This document shows, one piece after another, positions 23,001-34,620 of a stretch of 64,000 bases of DNA. The position numbers were made by a program, and so were the translations under genes. The stretch is taken from contig NIVC01001772.1 of the NCBI GenBank assembly GCA_002269645.1, positions 103,384 through 167,383 on the forward strand, read 5' to 3'. A model generated the notes under the pieces. That model was not told where the DNA came from. It did no database searches and saw nothing but the letters and a program-made list of their open reading frames with translations. How positions within the stretch are numbered: position 1 is the stretch's first letter; each line of letters begins with the position of its first letter. The stretch is from Macrostomum lignano (Eukaryota).

Positions 23001-24630
23001 TACTATAACTATTAGGAAATTTAGATTACTGTATCAAGAAAATTTTTGTACATAAAAAGAAGTCTTTAATGTCTTTGAGAACTAGTGACAGTGCTTACTA
23101 AGGTCCCTAGTACATGTAGCATACAGTTATTTTTTCTGAGAATTTATTATAAAACATATAATTACTTGTTAATCTAACTTGCATTTATGTCAAAGCACAG
23201 AAATAGTATAAAGAAACAGCCCATAGATGGCACACAGATTATATAAGATTATCTTAAAACATTCCTATGCATGCTATATACCACCTTCTTAATTGTCAAT
23301 GGCTAGAGCTATGGCAGCAGAACCTATTTTCTAATGTCTATGGATCTGGCTATATAAAACTTAAAGCTATAAACTACTTTCTATGCTATACTAGACCAAT
23401 TAGCAAAGTGCTAGAGTCTAGACCACTCTCTGCACTAGAATTTTTCATGAAAAGGCCATTGGACAGAACTATAGATAGCCCATAGTCAGGAAGGTGGCCT
23501 ATGCTATAAAACATTCTTGCCCACAAAAGGAGTCCTTAGTATATTTGGTGCACACTGAGCTTACCAGTGCATGTGGCGCACAATTATGGCTCACACTACT
23601 AGTCCCTAAAATATTTAGCGTACAAAAATGTGCAGATATATATTAAAGGTTAAACAAAAATGTGTCAAGGGGCTATAGTTGCCACCACTTGCTGTCTTGC
23701 ATGATGTTTTTAATATGTGCCACCCTGATAGGACAGAAGGTTAAAAAAGTCATTTGGTGCACCATGACACTAGAAACAAGGTTTTGTTATTATTTCTAGC
23801 ATTAAACCCTTAGTATACAACTAATATACAATTCAAACAATGATGCCAAAGATCTTTTCCTAAAAAATTCTTCTGGCACACCTTTTGCCACCTTCTTGAC
23901 TATGGTAAATAGCCCTTGCTTTCTTTTACTATAGATATATTGGCTTATATGGCTATATAAATATAAAATATAATTGCAAATATTGACTTAAGTTATATAG
24001 GAATAATATTCATATATGTGCAACCTTGGGATTCACCCAGCCATTTTTATTGGCAACACACATGTAAGTTGCTATTGGCTGAGAGCAGTCATATGACTAC
24101 TATTCCATCCAATAGCGATTTACATATGTGTATGTTGCCAATAGAAATGGCTGGGTGAATCCCTAGGTTGCACCCAAGTATAATAATATTAAATAACTAA
24201 TATTATATTAGCTAGCCTACGTAGACCTAGTATTATATAATATCATAATAGATTATTATTATTAGTATAGAAATAATATAACAAGTACAATAATAAATGT
24301 ATTGCTATTTGGTATTGGCATTATTGACAATTGTTATGCATTCAAAATATTTGTTAGTTGTTTAAAAAATTAAAATTATTAAGCTTCAATTGAAAATATT
24401 GTTAATAAACTTTTCTTTTAGTTTAAAATAACCCATACTCCATAACTCCATAGCATAGGCCATATTGCAAGTTATATCAGTTGATCAGTTGATGGGGGAA
24501 AAGCTATTGATGATATAAATTGAGTGTTTCACTGGTTGTTAGGCCTTTTAAGCTTACCTGGATGTCCTTCTCCGACAGACTCCGAAGTGAAAAGAAACGT
24601 TTTGAAGCCTTCGCCCTTGTTGGTAGTCAT
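20035..24630 (-). CDS. MAT: S-adenosylmethionine synthetase (methionine adenosyltransferase), 389 aa; exons 24630-24558, 22771-22314, 21833-21298, 20137-20035
   Basis: [64 protein letters not shown]. Exons 73+458+536+103=1170 bp, GT-AG. Confidence 0.97.
20329..20498. mobile_element. 170-bp fully palindromic MITE (MAT intron 3)
   Basis: Arms GCGCAACCTTGGGATTCAC..GGCCGTTTCTATTGGCA..CACACATGTA are reverse complements around a central AGTCACGTGACT; right end GGTTGCGCATGTATG. Confidence 0.88.
20505..21130. repeat. 30-31-bp minisatellite in MAT intron 3
   Basis: CGGATTATCTTT(T)GAATGATCTGG(T/G/A)AGGGA(A/G) x~20. Confidence 0.93.
21931..22190 (+). mobile_element. tRNA-head, CORE-like SINE remnant with tandemly amplified A-box (MAT intron 2, antisense to MAT)
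   Basis: GGGGTTGTAGCCTAGTGG x7 (A-box TRGCNNAGYGG), then a degenerate tRNA body and GTCCTTGAGCAAGACACTTAACTC..GCTTCAG..CACCCAGATGCAAAA, resembling the CORE consensus CCTTGGGCAAGTYACTTAACCTC..CCTCAG..CATCTGTAAAA. Confidence 0.55.
24011..24180. mobile_element. Second full copy of the palindromic MITE (MAT intron 1), opposite orientation to 20329
   Basis: CATATATGTGCAACCTTGGGATTCACCCAGCC...GGCTGGGTGAATCCCTAGGTTGCACCCAAGTA. Confidence 0.85.
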
Positions 24631-24747
24631 TTCGAAGGGGTTCGTGCGGAGTTGCTTTGGGCAAGTGTATCTTAATTAACCGTATGGCAGTCACAAGTGC
24701 TTATAGATAGCAAGAAGACAACCGCGCTTCGTGGAAATTTTGGCTAC

Positions 24748-24791
24748 TTAAATAGGCACGCAATATTCCACTTTTTGAATCATCGTGACGT
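24748..24791 (-). promoter_or_regulatory. Putative MAT core promoter (CRE-like ACGTCACG plus TATTTAA)
   Basis: On the minus strand, ACGTCACG (24791-24784) precedes TATTTAA (24754-24748), ~120 bp above the ATG. The same motif pair occurs at 62223-62275. Confidence 0.4.
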
Positions 24792-26884
24792 ATATTTAAG
24801 GAGCTTAATTTAGAACTTTATGACAGCACTTTGAGGCTATATAGTCCTAAAAAGTTCTTTACGCTCTCAGAAAGATTCGTCCCTTACTAATTGTAATGCA
24901 AATGTATTTAAAATTTGTTTTTCTGGCTGGCGCGGAAATCGAAGAAGAGTTAGTTCAAATGAAGATTGCAGTAATAAAATATCTAATTGTTAAAATGACA
25001 ACGACAATGCGAATCATAAAAAATAAAGAATTAGCTACAGATGGTAGCTAAATAAAATAGTATTTATTAAACTGGTAATCTAATGATGCAGCTGAAAATC
25101 GAAAACTACAATGAGCAAGCAATCACGATTTTATCCGTATTGTTCTATACAATGAGGGAAGAAGTGTATCTAGAATCTACTGAATCTGTACGCTCGTACA
25201 TTCTCCAAAATTTGAAGTATCAAATTTCTTAAAATTCTTCTTAAGATCGAGTCCTATTTAGCTACATATGTATGCAAGCAGTTTTAATAAATGCATTTTT
25301 AATAATTAACTAGCTAACAAGTTTTTAAAAAGTCAATCAAATTAGTTAGTTCATGCAAGGAATTTGTTGGATAATAATTTTTCAATAATTATCTCCTAGT
25401 GACGTACATGTAAAGGTACATGTACGAACTTTACTAAAACTGTATTATTACTGTATACTTAAGGTCGAGAGTGATGTCCGCCCTGAGAACTGACTGCTCT
25501 TCTAACGACACGTGCGTCACGCAAAGCTTCGGGGTCCCAGCAAACGGTTTCAGATAGCGAACTCCAATTTTAACTCGGGAAACCCTCCAAAAGAAACTGA
25601 TTGAGGTATTTGACCGAAAAATTGAGTGGCTAATTCTCGTGACTTTACGATGACGCCATTACAAAAGAGCATAGGCATGAGCAAATAGAATTAACCTTAC
25701 AAACAAACTAATTTGCAAGTAATATTAGTTTTCGTTGCAGAATCGCACTTAATTATACATACTTCTAGATCAACACAGATGAGGTACACATGTACTGTAC
25801 TGTTAGTACTGACATTTGAGTAGAGCTGATATTTAATGGATTTGTATTGACTTTAAACCCCGTCGCACTAAACGCAGCTAGCTAAATATCAAAATAGTCA
25901 GCAGATTTGCACACCTGCTGCGATTTCAAATATTCGATAATTTAGAAGCTTCACTTCGACAAAATTAAATCTTTCATGCATTTTCTGAACTACAAGCCTT
26001 AAAGGTTTTTGAGCTAATTATCTCTATACAGAACTGATTGATAAAAATTTGGTTTAGAAAAATTATTCTAACACTACTTGGATTGCCGAGTCGGGGCTCG
26101 CTGCGCTCACGTGTGTCCAGTGGAAATTTACCAGGCATTAGACTGTAAAACCGCCTAGCCCTCTACCCCCTACCGAGCGGGCACTGCATGTAATTTAGAA
26201 TTCACCCGCAAGACGTTTTTTCCAACCCCCCTTCCACGATCTGACTTGAAATCTCTCTTTAGTGACTGTACATGACCCACCCTCGTGAGTCTCGAACGAT
26301 CTGAGTGTGTACCCGAAGACCAAATTAACCGAACGAAAATAACTGCACCAGCAACAGTTACTTTGAAACGTTGTTAGAACCAATTACAAACTTTTCCACT
26401 TGGCATGGGCCGCTAAAATACCCTCAAGTGGGGGGGGGGGGTAACTATAGCCCCATTGCACAGAATTCTTCGGAAAGATAAAAATACTGACGTTAATATC
26501 GAATTTCGAATGTTCCGACAGAGGTGGAATTATTTGCTAACCTCTCTTATCGGGGCATTTTTATGATGCCGAAAAATTTATGCATGCGTGGAAAATATGG
26601 AAAAAGATATGACGTTCGGTATTCTATCACTAGAAGGACGTTTGCCTAGGTGTGACAAAACGTGAGCCCGAACTCGCTTTGGCTCAATCAAAAGTACTTT
26701 TAAGAATCGCTGTTAGAGAAGTTGAAAATACGCTCGTAAAATACGAGCCGTATATTTCACTTAGAGAATTCTTAGAGATTTTCAAACTCTACATGACTTG
26801 TGAAACGAATTCTAGATGTTACTTTACATGCATTGTCTACACTAAGAATTCCATTTTGTACCTCTTTAACATCCCCAGTTTGTT

Positions 26885-27385
26885 TACTGTAGATTCCAGC
26901 AAATTTCGGCAGGCTGGCAAACTTCGACAAGCAAGGCAAACCATATGGCTGGCAAACTATGGCTGGCAAATTTCGACAGGCAAGGCAAACCATATGGCTG
27001 GCAAATTTCGACAGGCAAGGCAAACCATATGGCTGGCAAATTTCGACAGGCAAGGCAAACCATATGGCTGGCAAACGATGGCTGGCAAACATTGCTGGCA
27101 AACCATGGCTGGCAAACATTGCTGGCAAACCATGGCTGGCAAACATTGCTGGCAAACCATGGCTGGCAAACCATTGCTGGCAAACCATGGCTGGCAAACC
27201 ATTGCTGGCAAACCATGGCTGGCAAACCATGGCTGGCAAACCATTGCTGGCAAACCATGGCTGGTAAATCATGGGTTGGCAAACCATGGCTGGCAAACCA
27301 TTGCTGGCAAACCATGGCTGGCAAATCATGGGTTGGCAAACCATGGCTGGCAAAGACAAATCTCGGCTGGTAAACCTCGGCTGGC
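26885..27385. repeat. 14/35-bp minisatellite
   Basis: GGCAAACCATGGCT and GGCTGGCAAATTTCGACAGGCAAGGCAAACCATAT units. Confidence 0.93.
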
Positions 27386-28728
27386 AGCATCAGCTGGATA
27401 TTTTCTAGGCCACTTTTTTATTTACATTTGTTTACTACATAATTTAAACTGTAGAATCCTGTTTTGCGCCTAAATGAACATACTGTACGATGCTTTTTAT
27501 CTCAAGAATCTCTTTCGAGAGCCAGAGCAACAACGCTATGAAATTCTACTCGATAAGCAAACTGGGAGATGTTTTATAATTAATGCTTACAATGGGATTC
27601 TACTGAGACAATTAAGGGATAAATTGCCCAGATCCTGATAAGTATTCCAATCACCGCACGATAAATTATGTTGATGATGCCAATCACTTAATTACAGTGT
27701 TTTGAATGCAAGATGTCTACTTTTATTAATGGATTCAAAGTACTGCTGTACTGTGGTATCAGGCATTATACGACCACACACGTAATTATTGTACTTTGTA
27801 AACTTGAAAATACTTTTTCTAACTACTAAAGCTTACTTCATCAGGAGATGGACGATCGCGCATTTACATGTCCATGTACAGTTATGTAATGGTTAGTAAG
27901 GGTAAATGAACAGCACATTTTAATAGGACTCTGAATCGATATTTCTTTTGATCAAAATAATTGAATTATTAGCTATCGACAAACTTTGGATGTTAAAAGC
28001 AGAAAAATACAATCCATCTGGTCTATCTCTAAATTCAGCTCAATTACGTATTTAAAATATTTTTGATATACAGTCTAATATTACTACTTAAAATCGGGTA
28101 GCTAGTAATATATAAGCACTTTTTCATGCTGGAATGTGTAAATTGCTTAAATTTGTTTCATATGAATACAAATGTATAATTCCGTATGGTTATACATTCT
28201 CATGTACATCGAGTACTGTTGTAATGTGTATTTCTCAACCAAAATTCTTTCTTGAAATTTTTGGGTTCTAAGTGTCTGCCTTTGGCCCTACACCGTACAT
28301 GTAAATGAATGAAGCTACGGGAATTAGTACATGTATCTGACCAGTGACAAATACAGTGTTCTTTACCTAAGTTTTCCCACGAAAACAGCGGTTTAAGAGA
28401 GCATGTGCTGTTGGAAATTCTGTGGATTTCATGCAGAAAATCCGGCCTTCAGATAACCTACACGATGTTGTTGCCCCCTGATCTTTGTTAATTATTTACA
28501 TGAATATAAGGTAGATGCATGCGAATATTCGTATACTATACTTACTGGTTTGCTAGAAGAGTAGTTGAATCGAATTTATTTTTAAGCACGCTTTATTCAA
28601 GAATTTTGACATTTTCTTTAACAGTAGAAAGACCATGTGGGGTGGAATTCAAATACACACATTTTTCCTTTGTTTGGATCTCCAAAAATATACAACCAAT
28701 TGCCATTAAAATCCAGAAAACGGGCTAA

Positions 28729-30660
28729 AATTTTCCGCTCTATTCAATGAAGCCACTTCGAGAATCACGAAAAATCGGCATCATCGAGATACTCGCATTC
28801 AACGATTCTCCTCGGGGTGTCTGGTGGCAAAAACCACCAACATTGGTAAAACTTTTCTGCTCACAAAATCTCAACATGAAACCACATCGGCTCAACAAAC
28901 TATGTGCATATCAGTCGCAGGAACTTTTGCTCTCAGCATCGCAGGCACCAGGGTCCCCTTCATCTCCGTCTGGAGCATCGGCGGCGACCGTCGGACCTTC
29001 AACGGAGTGCCACCATGAGGCCCCGACGAGCTGGCACCCCTAACACCGTGATTTTTCTATCAAGGCACCAAATCAGGCATGTTTGCATATTATACAATTG
29101 CACCATGTTAAATTCGAAACTGCTGAACATCGCCAGTGGACTGCCGCAACGGACAAGCTCTACGGCATCCGACGCCCGTGGGACACCTTTGTCAGTCAGC
29201 TGCGCCATCCTGTCCTTCCCGGACCGTACCTCTGCGTCGACGAAACTCTGGTTGTCTACTGGGGTGTGAACTGTGACTTGACGGTCTTTCTGAAGGAGAA
29301 GCCCGGTCGCAATGGTGCCAAGCTGTTCCTGCTGACATCGGCTGGGAATCCAAAGATTCAGGATGACATGACAACCGCTATGTGTTCAATGCGGAAATCT
29401 GCGCTGGCAAAGGAACACTGCTGTCCACTAATTTTGCATCACAGGAATCCGATGCTCGGTTGGCCAAGGGCTAAGAGGAGTGGAGATTGGTGAGCAAGTT
29501 GTTTTCCGCTTGGCTAACAACCGCTTGTTCCGCTTGGGTACCAAAAACAATGAGGCAATTGAGTGCCTGCGGCGCTAGAATGAGTGCCTGCGGCGCCAAA
29601 ATGAGTGCCTGTGGCGCCAAAATGAGTGCCTGCGGCGCCAAAATGAGTGCCTGCGGCACCAAAATGAGTGCATGCGGCGCTAAAATGAGTGTCTGCGGCG
29701 GCAAAATGAGTGTCTGCGGCGCTAGAATGAGTGCCTGCGGCGCCAAAATGAGTGCCTGCGGCGCCAAAATGAGTGCCTGCGGCGCCAAAATGAGTGCCTG
29801 CGGCGCCAAAATGAGTGCCTGCGGCGCCAAAATGAGTGCCTGCGGCGCCAAAATGAGTGCCTGCGGCGCCAAAATGATTGCCTGCGGCGCCAAAATGAGT
29901 GCATGCGGCGCCAAAATGAGTGCCTGCGGCGCCAAAATGATTGCCTGCGGCGCCAAAATGAGTGCATGCATGCGCCAAAATGAGTGCCTGCGGCGCCAAA
30001 ATGAATGCATGCGGCGCCAAAATGAGTGCCTGCAGCACCAAAAGTGGCAATGGCATAAGGCATGGCCAGCCAGGCCAACCCGCCCCCCACCCAATTGAAA
30101 TTCCTGGCTACGTCACTGAATTCTAGCAATAGTGGCACGGACGCCTGCAACAGGATGTTCCGCACATCCGACTGCAAGCGAAAGTCCGACTCAAGCGAGA
30201 AGGCAATCTTCTCCGGCGGCATACTCAACATAGCAGCTGTGAATGCCGCTGCTATCTGGAGACTGGCGCATCCGGAGCTCTTCACCTCGCCGAACTATCG
30301 CAACAAGTTCCAGCGCAAGGCAGCTGCGCAACTTCTGCAACCTCTGATCGAGGAGCGCTCATAATCGGCCGCTCTTCTTCAGAATCTGCCCAATCATCAC
30401 CGGCTGATGTTCCAGCTCGCTGCAGGTTGTCAAATCAACGACGAGCAAATGAAGGAACAGGCACGCGAAGCGGTGGCTGTGGTGTCAGTTGGTGGCAGAA
30501 AGCGCTGTGCAACATGCGCGAGATAAAAGTCGAAGGACGAGAAGCGTGCCTTGAGAGCAACAACAAGGAAGTGTTGCATGTGTGACGATGGAATTTGTCG
30601 AACACACCGCGATGGAAGAGACAGTGAGTCACCATTACTGCGCGAGTTTGCACCAAATTA
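28729..30660 (+). mobile_element. Degraded piggyBac (PGBD4-like) transposase remnant
   Basis: TDKLYGIRRPWDTF..PGPYLCVDETLV..G...F..EKPGRNGAKLF (piggyBac DKL..IR/VDE.L/KP.KYG.K), later DCKRKS..FSGGILNIAAVNA, and a C-terminal Cys cluster RKRCATC..KCCMCDDGIC. Frameshifts, stops, internal deletion and an insertion. Confidence 0.8.
29560..30118. mobile_element. Insertion within the piggyBac remnant: 21-bp minisatellite plus one hAT-like terminus
   Basis: GAGTGCCTGCGGCGCCAAAAT x~22 (29560-30040). Ends AAATTCCTGGCTACGTCACTG (reverse complement CAGTGACGTAGCCAGG, hAT-like); no matching left end found. Confidence 0.6.
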
Positions 30661-30784
30661 AATAGTGCCAATTGACTCCGCTTTTGTGTTTATATCGGTG
30701 CTCAAATCCTTCTGCTCTGAATTTGCTGTAGTATCATATGTGAAATGCTGTAGTATCACTTTTTACATGCTGCAATATATCAGT

Positions 30785-30925
30785 CTTGACATGCTGTAAT
30801 ATCATTTTTGACATGCTTTAACATCATATTTGACATGCTGTAACATCATATTTGACATGCTGTAATATCATTTTTGACATGCTGTAATATCATTCTTGAC
30901 ATGCTGTAATATCATTTTTGACAAA
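30785..30925. repeat. 22-bp tandem repeat
   Basis: GACATGCTGTAATATCATTTTT x~6. Confidence 0.85.
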
Positions 30926-30959
30926 TTATTAAATATTTTATTTCTTTTAGTCACCAGTT

Positions 30960-31677
30960 AATCTGTAACTCTTTAATGTAACATGGTGCAAAAGCATTGT
31001 AAAATATGCAAACATGCCTGGTTTGGTGCCTTGATAGAAAAATCACGATGTTGGGGATGCCAGCTCGTCGGGGCCGCGTGGTGGCACTCCGTTGAAGGTC
31101 CCGAAGGTCGTCCATACAGAGCTGAATGCTGAACATGGTGCAGGACCATTTTATAATATGCAAACATGCCTGGTTTGGTGCCTTGATAGAAAATCAAGAT
31201 GTTGGCGGTGTCAGCTCGTCGGGGCCGCAATTGTCCGTCGCACTCCGTTGAAGGTCCCGAATGTCGCCTGTATGCCTACAGGTCAGCCTAGAGGGTCGCC
31301 ATCTTTCATTTCATTCACCGATTATGTCTACTGACTGGATGCTGCATGCAGAAGAGGATTCTTCCATTTCAGTTTTGGGAACATAGCCGTCTCGGAGATG
31401 CCGATCGGGTGCTTTTGTTGAAGGTCCCGACGGTCGCCGTCGATGCTCCAGACGGTGATGAAGGGGACCCTGGTGCCTGGGATGCTGAGAACAAAAGGCC
31501 TATACGACAGATGGACCCAGATCATGAGCCAATATGGATTCACCATAAAGGTTTATACAGTGGAGTGTTGGTTGTCCTTGCCACCAGTGTCTTCGACAAG
31601 AATCGTTGAATATCTCGACGATGCTGACGTCGGATGACTTTAAAAGTTAGTTCGTTAGAAAGGGCGGAAAATTTTGA
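30960..31677 (-). mobile_element. Second, inverted and internally duplicated fragment related to 28729-29110 (probable piggyBac 5' part)
   Basis: Reverse complement shares AAAATTTTCCGC, CAGGCACCAGGGTCCCCTTCATC.CCGTCTGGAGCATCG and CCTTCAACGGAGTGCCACC...GCATGTTTGCATATT...GCACCATGTT with 28729-29110. Confidence 0.7.
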
Positions 31678-31879
31678 TTCATAAGGTGGACTTTTACCCT
31701 CTGGTAAATAAACCAGATAACACCACAAGATAACATTCGCTCAAACAAGATAACATGCCCTATTCCGGTTATGCAAAATGTTATCTTGTATGAATCTTGT
31801 TTGCGTGACGAAATCTTACGTTTCCTTGTTTCAAACAAGATTCAAAAAGGATTTGCTGACCAGATAACAGCCGGATAAT

Positions 31880-32300
31880 TCGTGCGAATCCTGCAGGGAA
31901 ACACCGTGTTATCCTGTTTGTTATCTTGTTTGTTATCCTGTCTGGCAAACAGGATTCGCTGACCAGGTAACAGCCGGATAATTCGTGCGAATCCTGCAGG
32001 GAAACACCGTGTTATCCTGTTTGTTATCTTGTTTGTTATCCTGTCTGGCAAACAGGATTCGTTGACAAGGTAACAGTCGGTTAATTCATGCGAATCCTGC
32101 AGGGAAACACCGTGTTATCCTGTTTGTTATCTTGTTTGTTATCCTGTCTGGCAAACAGGATTCGTTGACAAGGTAACAGTCGGGTAATTCATGCGAATCC
32201 TGCAGGGAAACACCGTGTTATCCTGTTTGTTATCTTGTTTGTTATCCTGTCTGGCAAACAGGATTCGCTGACTAAGGTAACAGTCGGGTAATTCATGCGA
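31880..32300. repeat. ~102-bp tandem repeat in the left subterminal region of the TIR element
   Basis: GCGAATCCTGCAGGGAAACACCGTGTTATCCTGTTTG... x~4. Confidence 0.9.
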
Positions 32301-34299
32301 AAAAAGCCGGAAGGCATTGACATCAAATTTCGCAGTAAAGAAGCGTATAAAAAAGTTGGTGCTTCAAGATTTTATGAGTAGCATCTATTAACAGTGGGTG
32401 TCATTTGTAAGCGCCTTATACAAACTAAACAAGGAACAGGAACAAGCTCTCAACAGGAACGGAAACTTCTGGAGAACAGCGTGGCATACGTCTGAGTTTC
32501 GGGAGTCCAGTTATAAGTAGACCTACTTATACTGTGGATACTAATTGACACTACTGAATTGGTGATCTGCTGCGAGCTGGTGCTGAGTCGCAGGTCGGAC
32601 CTGCTGTACTCGGACGCGACTCTGATGGCAGTCGACGCGTGGGCCAGACGTTTGAAAGATCGGGTTGCGCGCGTGGAAGGCGATTAATGAGACCACTGAC
32701 GGGGGCTTGCATTATATGCCGGCGCAATGGAACGACTCTGCATTATTAAAGTTAAATTAAATGGCGATGGAAAGCAGTTTATCCGAAATATACACAGTTA
32801 TAAAGAAACAGTAATGTACATACACACTCGATCGTCTAGCTCTAACAGACAGCGACGGTTCGCCGACAATCATTGCCAGATTGTACGACTGTTCACTAGT
32901 AATGTCAGCTGCGTCGATAGAATTGTCATTCGTAGCATAGTCGTCGTCCGGAATCAACTGGCTTTCGTTGATCGGCTGCTCGTAGACCGGAAACAAAGTG
33001 AATGGTGTATCATCTGATGCGCCGGCTCGCGCGGCGATGGCTTCGTTGCGTCCACGAAATGCCGACTGCGCTGGAAACTCGTACCTGATTGTCTTCGCAA
33101 TCCCGTGCGCCAACCGTGATATCCAACCGACTTGGCGTTGCAGATGTCGCTAGTGCGATGGACGATCGTCCAACGGCATCATCAACTGCGTCGTTCGAAG
33201 CAGTGACACCCTCCGGAAAAAGTGGCTGACAAGATTGCCGACACTCATGGTCTGTAACGACTACTCTCTTGACTTGTTCGAGGATTTATTAAATCTCGAC
33301 AAGATTACCGACACTCGTAGTCTGTAACGACTACTCTCTTGACTTGATCTGCTCACGGCTGGTGCAACTGCAAACGCCTTAGACAAACCAATGGAGCATG
33401 CACCGAAAAAAATCGGATTAGCGTCTATCTTAATAGGAAAGCTGCTTTGCATACTGGGCCAGATAGAGCTATTTGGAACCATGCCACAGTCTCCGTCTAG
33501 ACACCCAGCTGTGCCAAACAATATGGTTGGCTGACTATGTTTCTAAGCGTCAAATAAGACGATAGAATCATTCAGCCCGTTGACACACTAAGCAGCTGTG
33601 ACAGACTGCATGCCAGTGGTAGTCAAACCTCTCGCACACAAACAGGGCGCAACAATTTTTCAATTGTCACCTGTACGGAGGATGGGCACAGCCTCACATT
33701 ACGGACGCTACAGTGCCGCCGTAAAGCAGATCAATTCACCTTGCAATTTCGAGGCTTTTTTACCCCTCGGATTAAAGATTGACCCGCATAGTCAAATAAA
33801 AGTGACTACTCTTAGCAGCTGCCTTGAGCTACAAAAGACGCGAGGATTGATTACCCCTCGTAGGTCAGCATTTTCAGTCAACTGCTCAACTCTGATTCAT
33901 CGGTTGAAGCGGGGTTCCATTATCCCTCGCTGGTGGCCATACACCAACACTGCAGACGCTTTAGACAACCCAATGGAGCATGCTCTAGCAAGAGCTAGAA
34001 TAACGTCTGTCTTAAAAAAGGCTACCTTAGAACTGGGCCAGTAGGAGCTTTTGGAACCATGCCACAGCTCCATCTAGACACCCAGCTGCACCAGATAATA
34101 GGGTAATCTGATACACTAAGTAACCGCGACAGACTACATGCCATTGGGAGTCAAACCTCTCCAGCACAATAAGAATGCAATAGTTTGTCGGAGAGCCAAC
34201 AAAGCTATCACCTGCAGGGAGGGTGGGCACGGCCTCACATTACGAGCGCTAGCGTTTGCTGATATATGGCACTTTACCCCTCGCAGGTCAGCTCATCAG

Positions 34300-34620
34300 C
34301 TGCCTTGAGCCACAACAGAAGCGAGGATTGATTATCCATCGCAGGTCAGCTTATAAAAGCTGCCTTGAGCCACACTAGAAGCGAGGATTGATTTCCATCG
34401 CAGGTCAGCTTATAAAAGCTGCCTTGAGCCACACTAGAAGCGAGGATTGATTATCCATCGCAGGTCAGCTTATAAAAGCTGCCTTGAGCCACAACAGAAG
34501 CGAGGATTGATTTCCATCGCAGGTCAGCTTATAAAAGCTGCCTTGAGCCACACCAGAAGCGAGGATTTATTATCCATCGCAGGTCAGCATAGGAGCTGCC
34601 TTGAGCCACAACAGACGCGA
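34300..34620. repeat. Alternating 60/59-bp tandem repeat inside the TIR element
   Basis: GCGAGGATTGATT(A)TCCATCGCAGGTCAGCTTATAAAAGCTGCCTTGAGCCAC..AGAA x~5. Confidence 0.9.

Noticed and set aside
19000-24630. METTL16/METT-10 target motif (UACAGARAA) in MAT splice acceptors or 3' UTR
   Set aside because: Acceptors read TTTAG, CTCAAG and CCGCAG; only an imperfect TACAGAGG near 19025 without a convincing hairpin.
26425-26460. GGGGTAACTATAGCCCC as a third rDNA-like copy
   Set aside because: The match is limited to GTAACTAT; it instead resembles an inverted motif at ~23668-23690 and lacks the MITE ends.
29471-30285. MSACGAK / APQALIL repeat proteins
   Set aside because: The 21-bp unit is open in several frames on both strands and lies inside a dead transposon.
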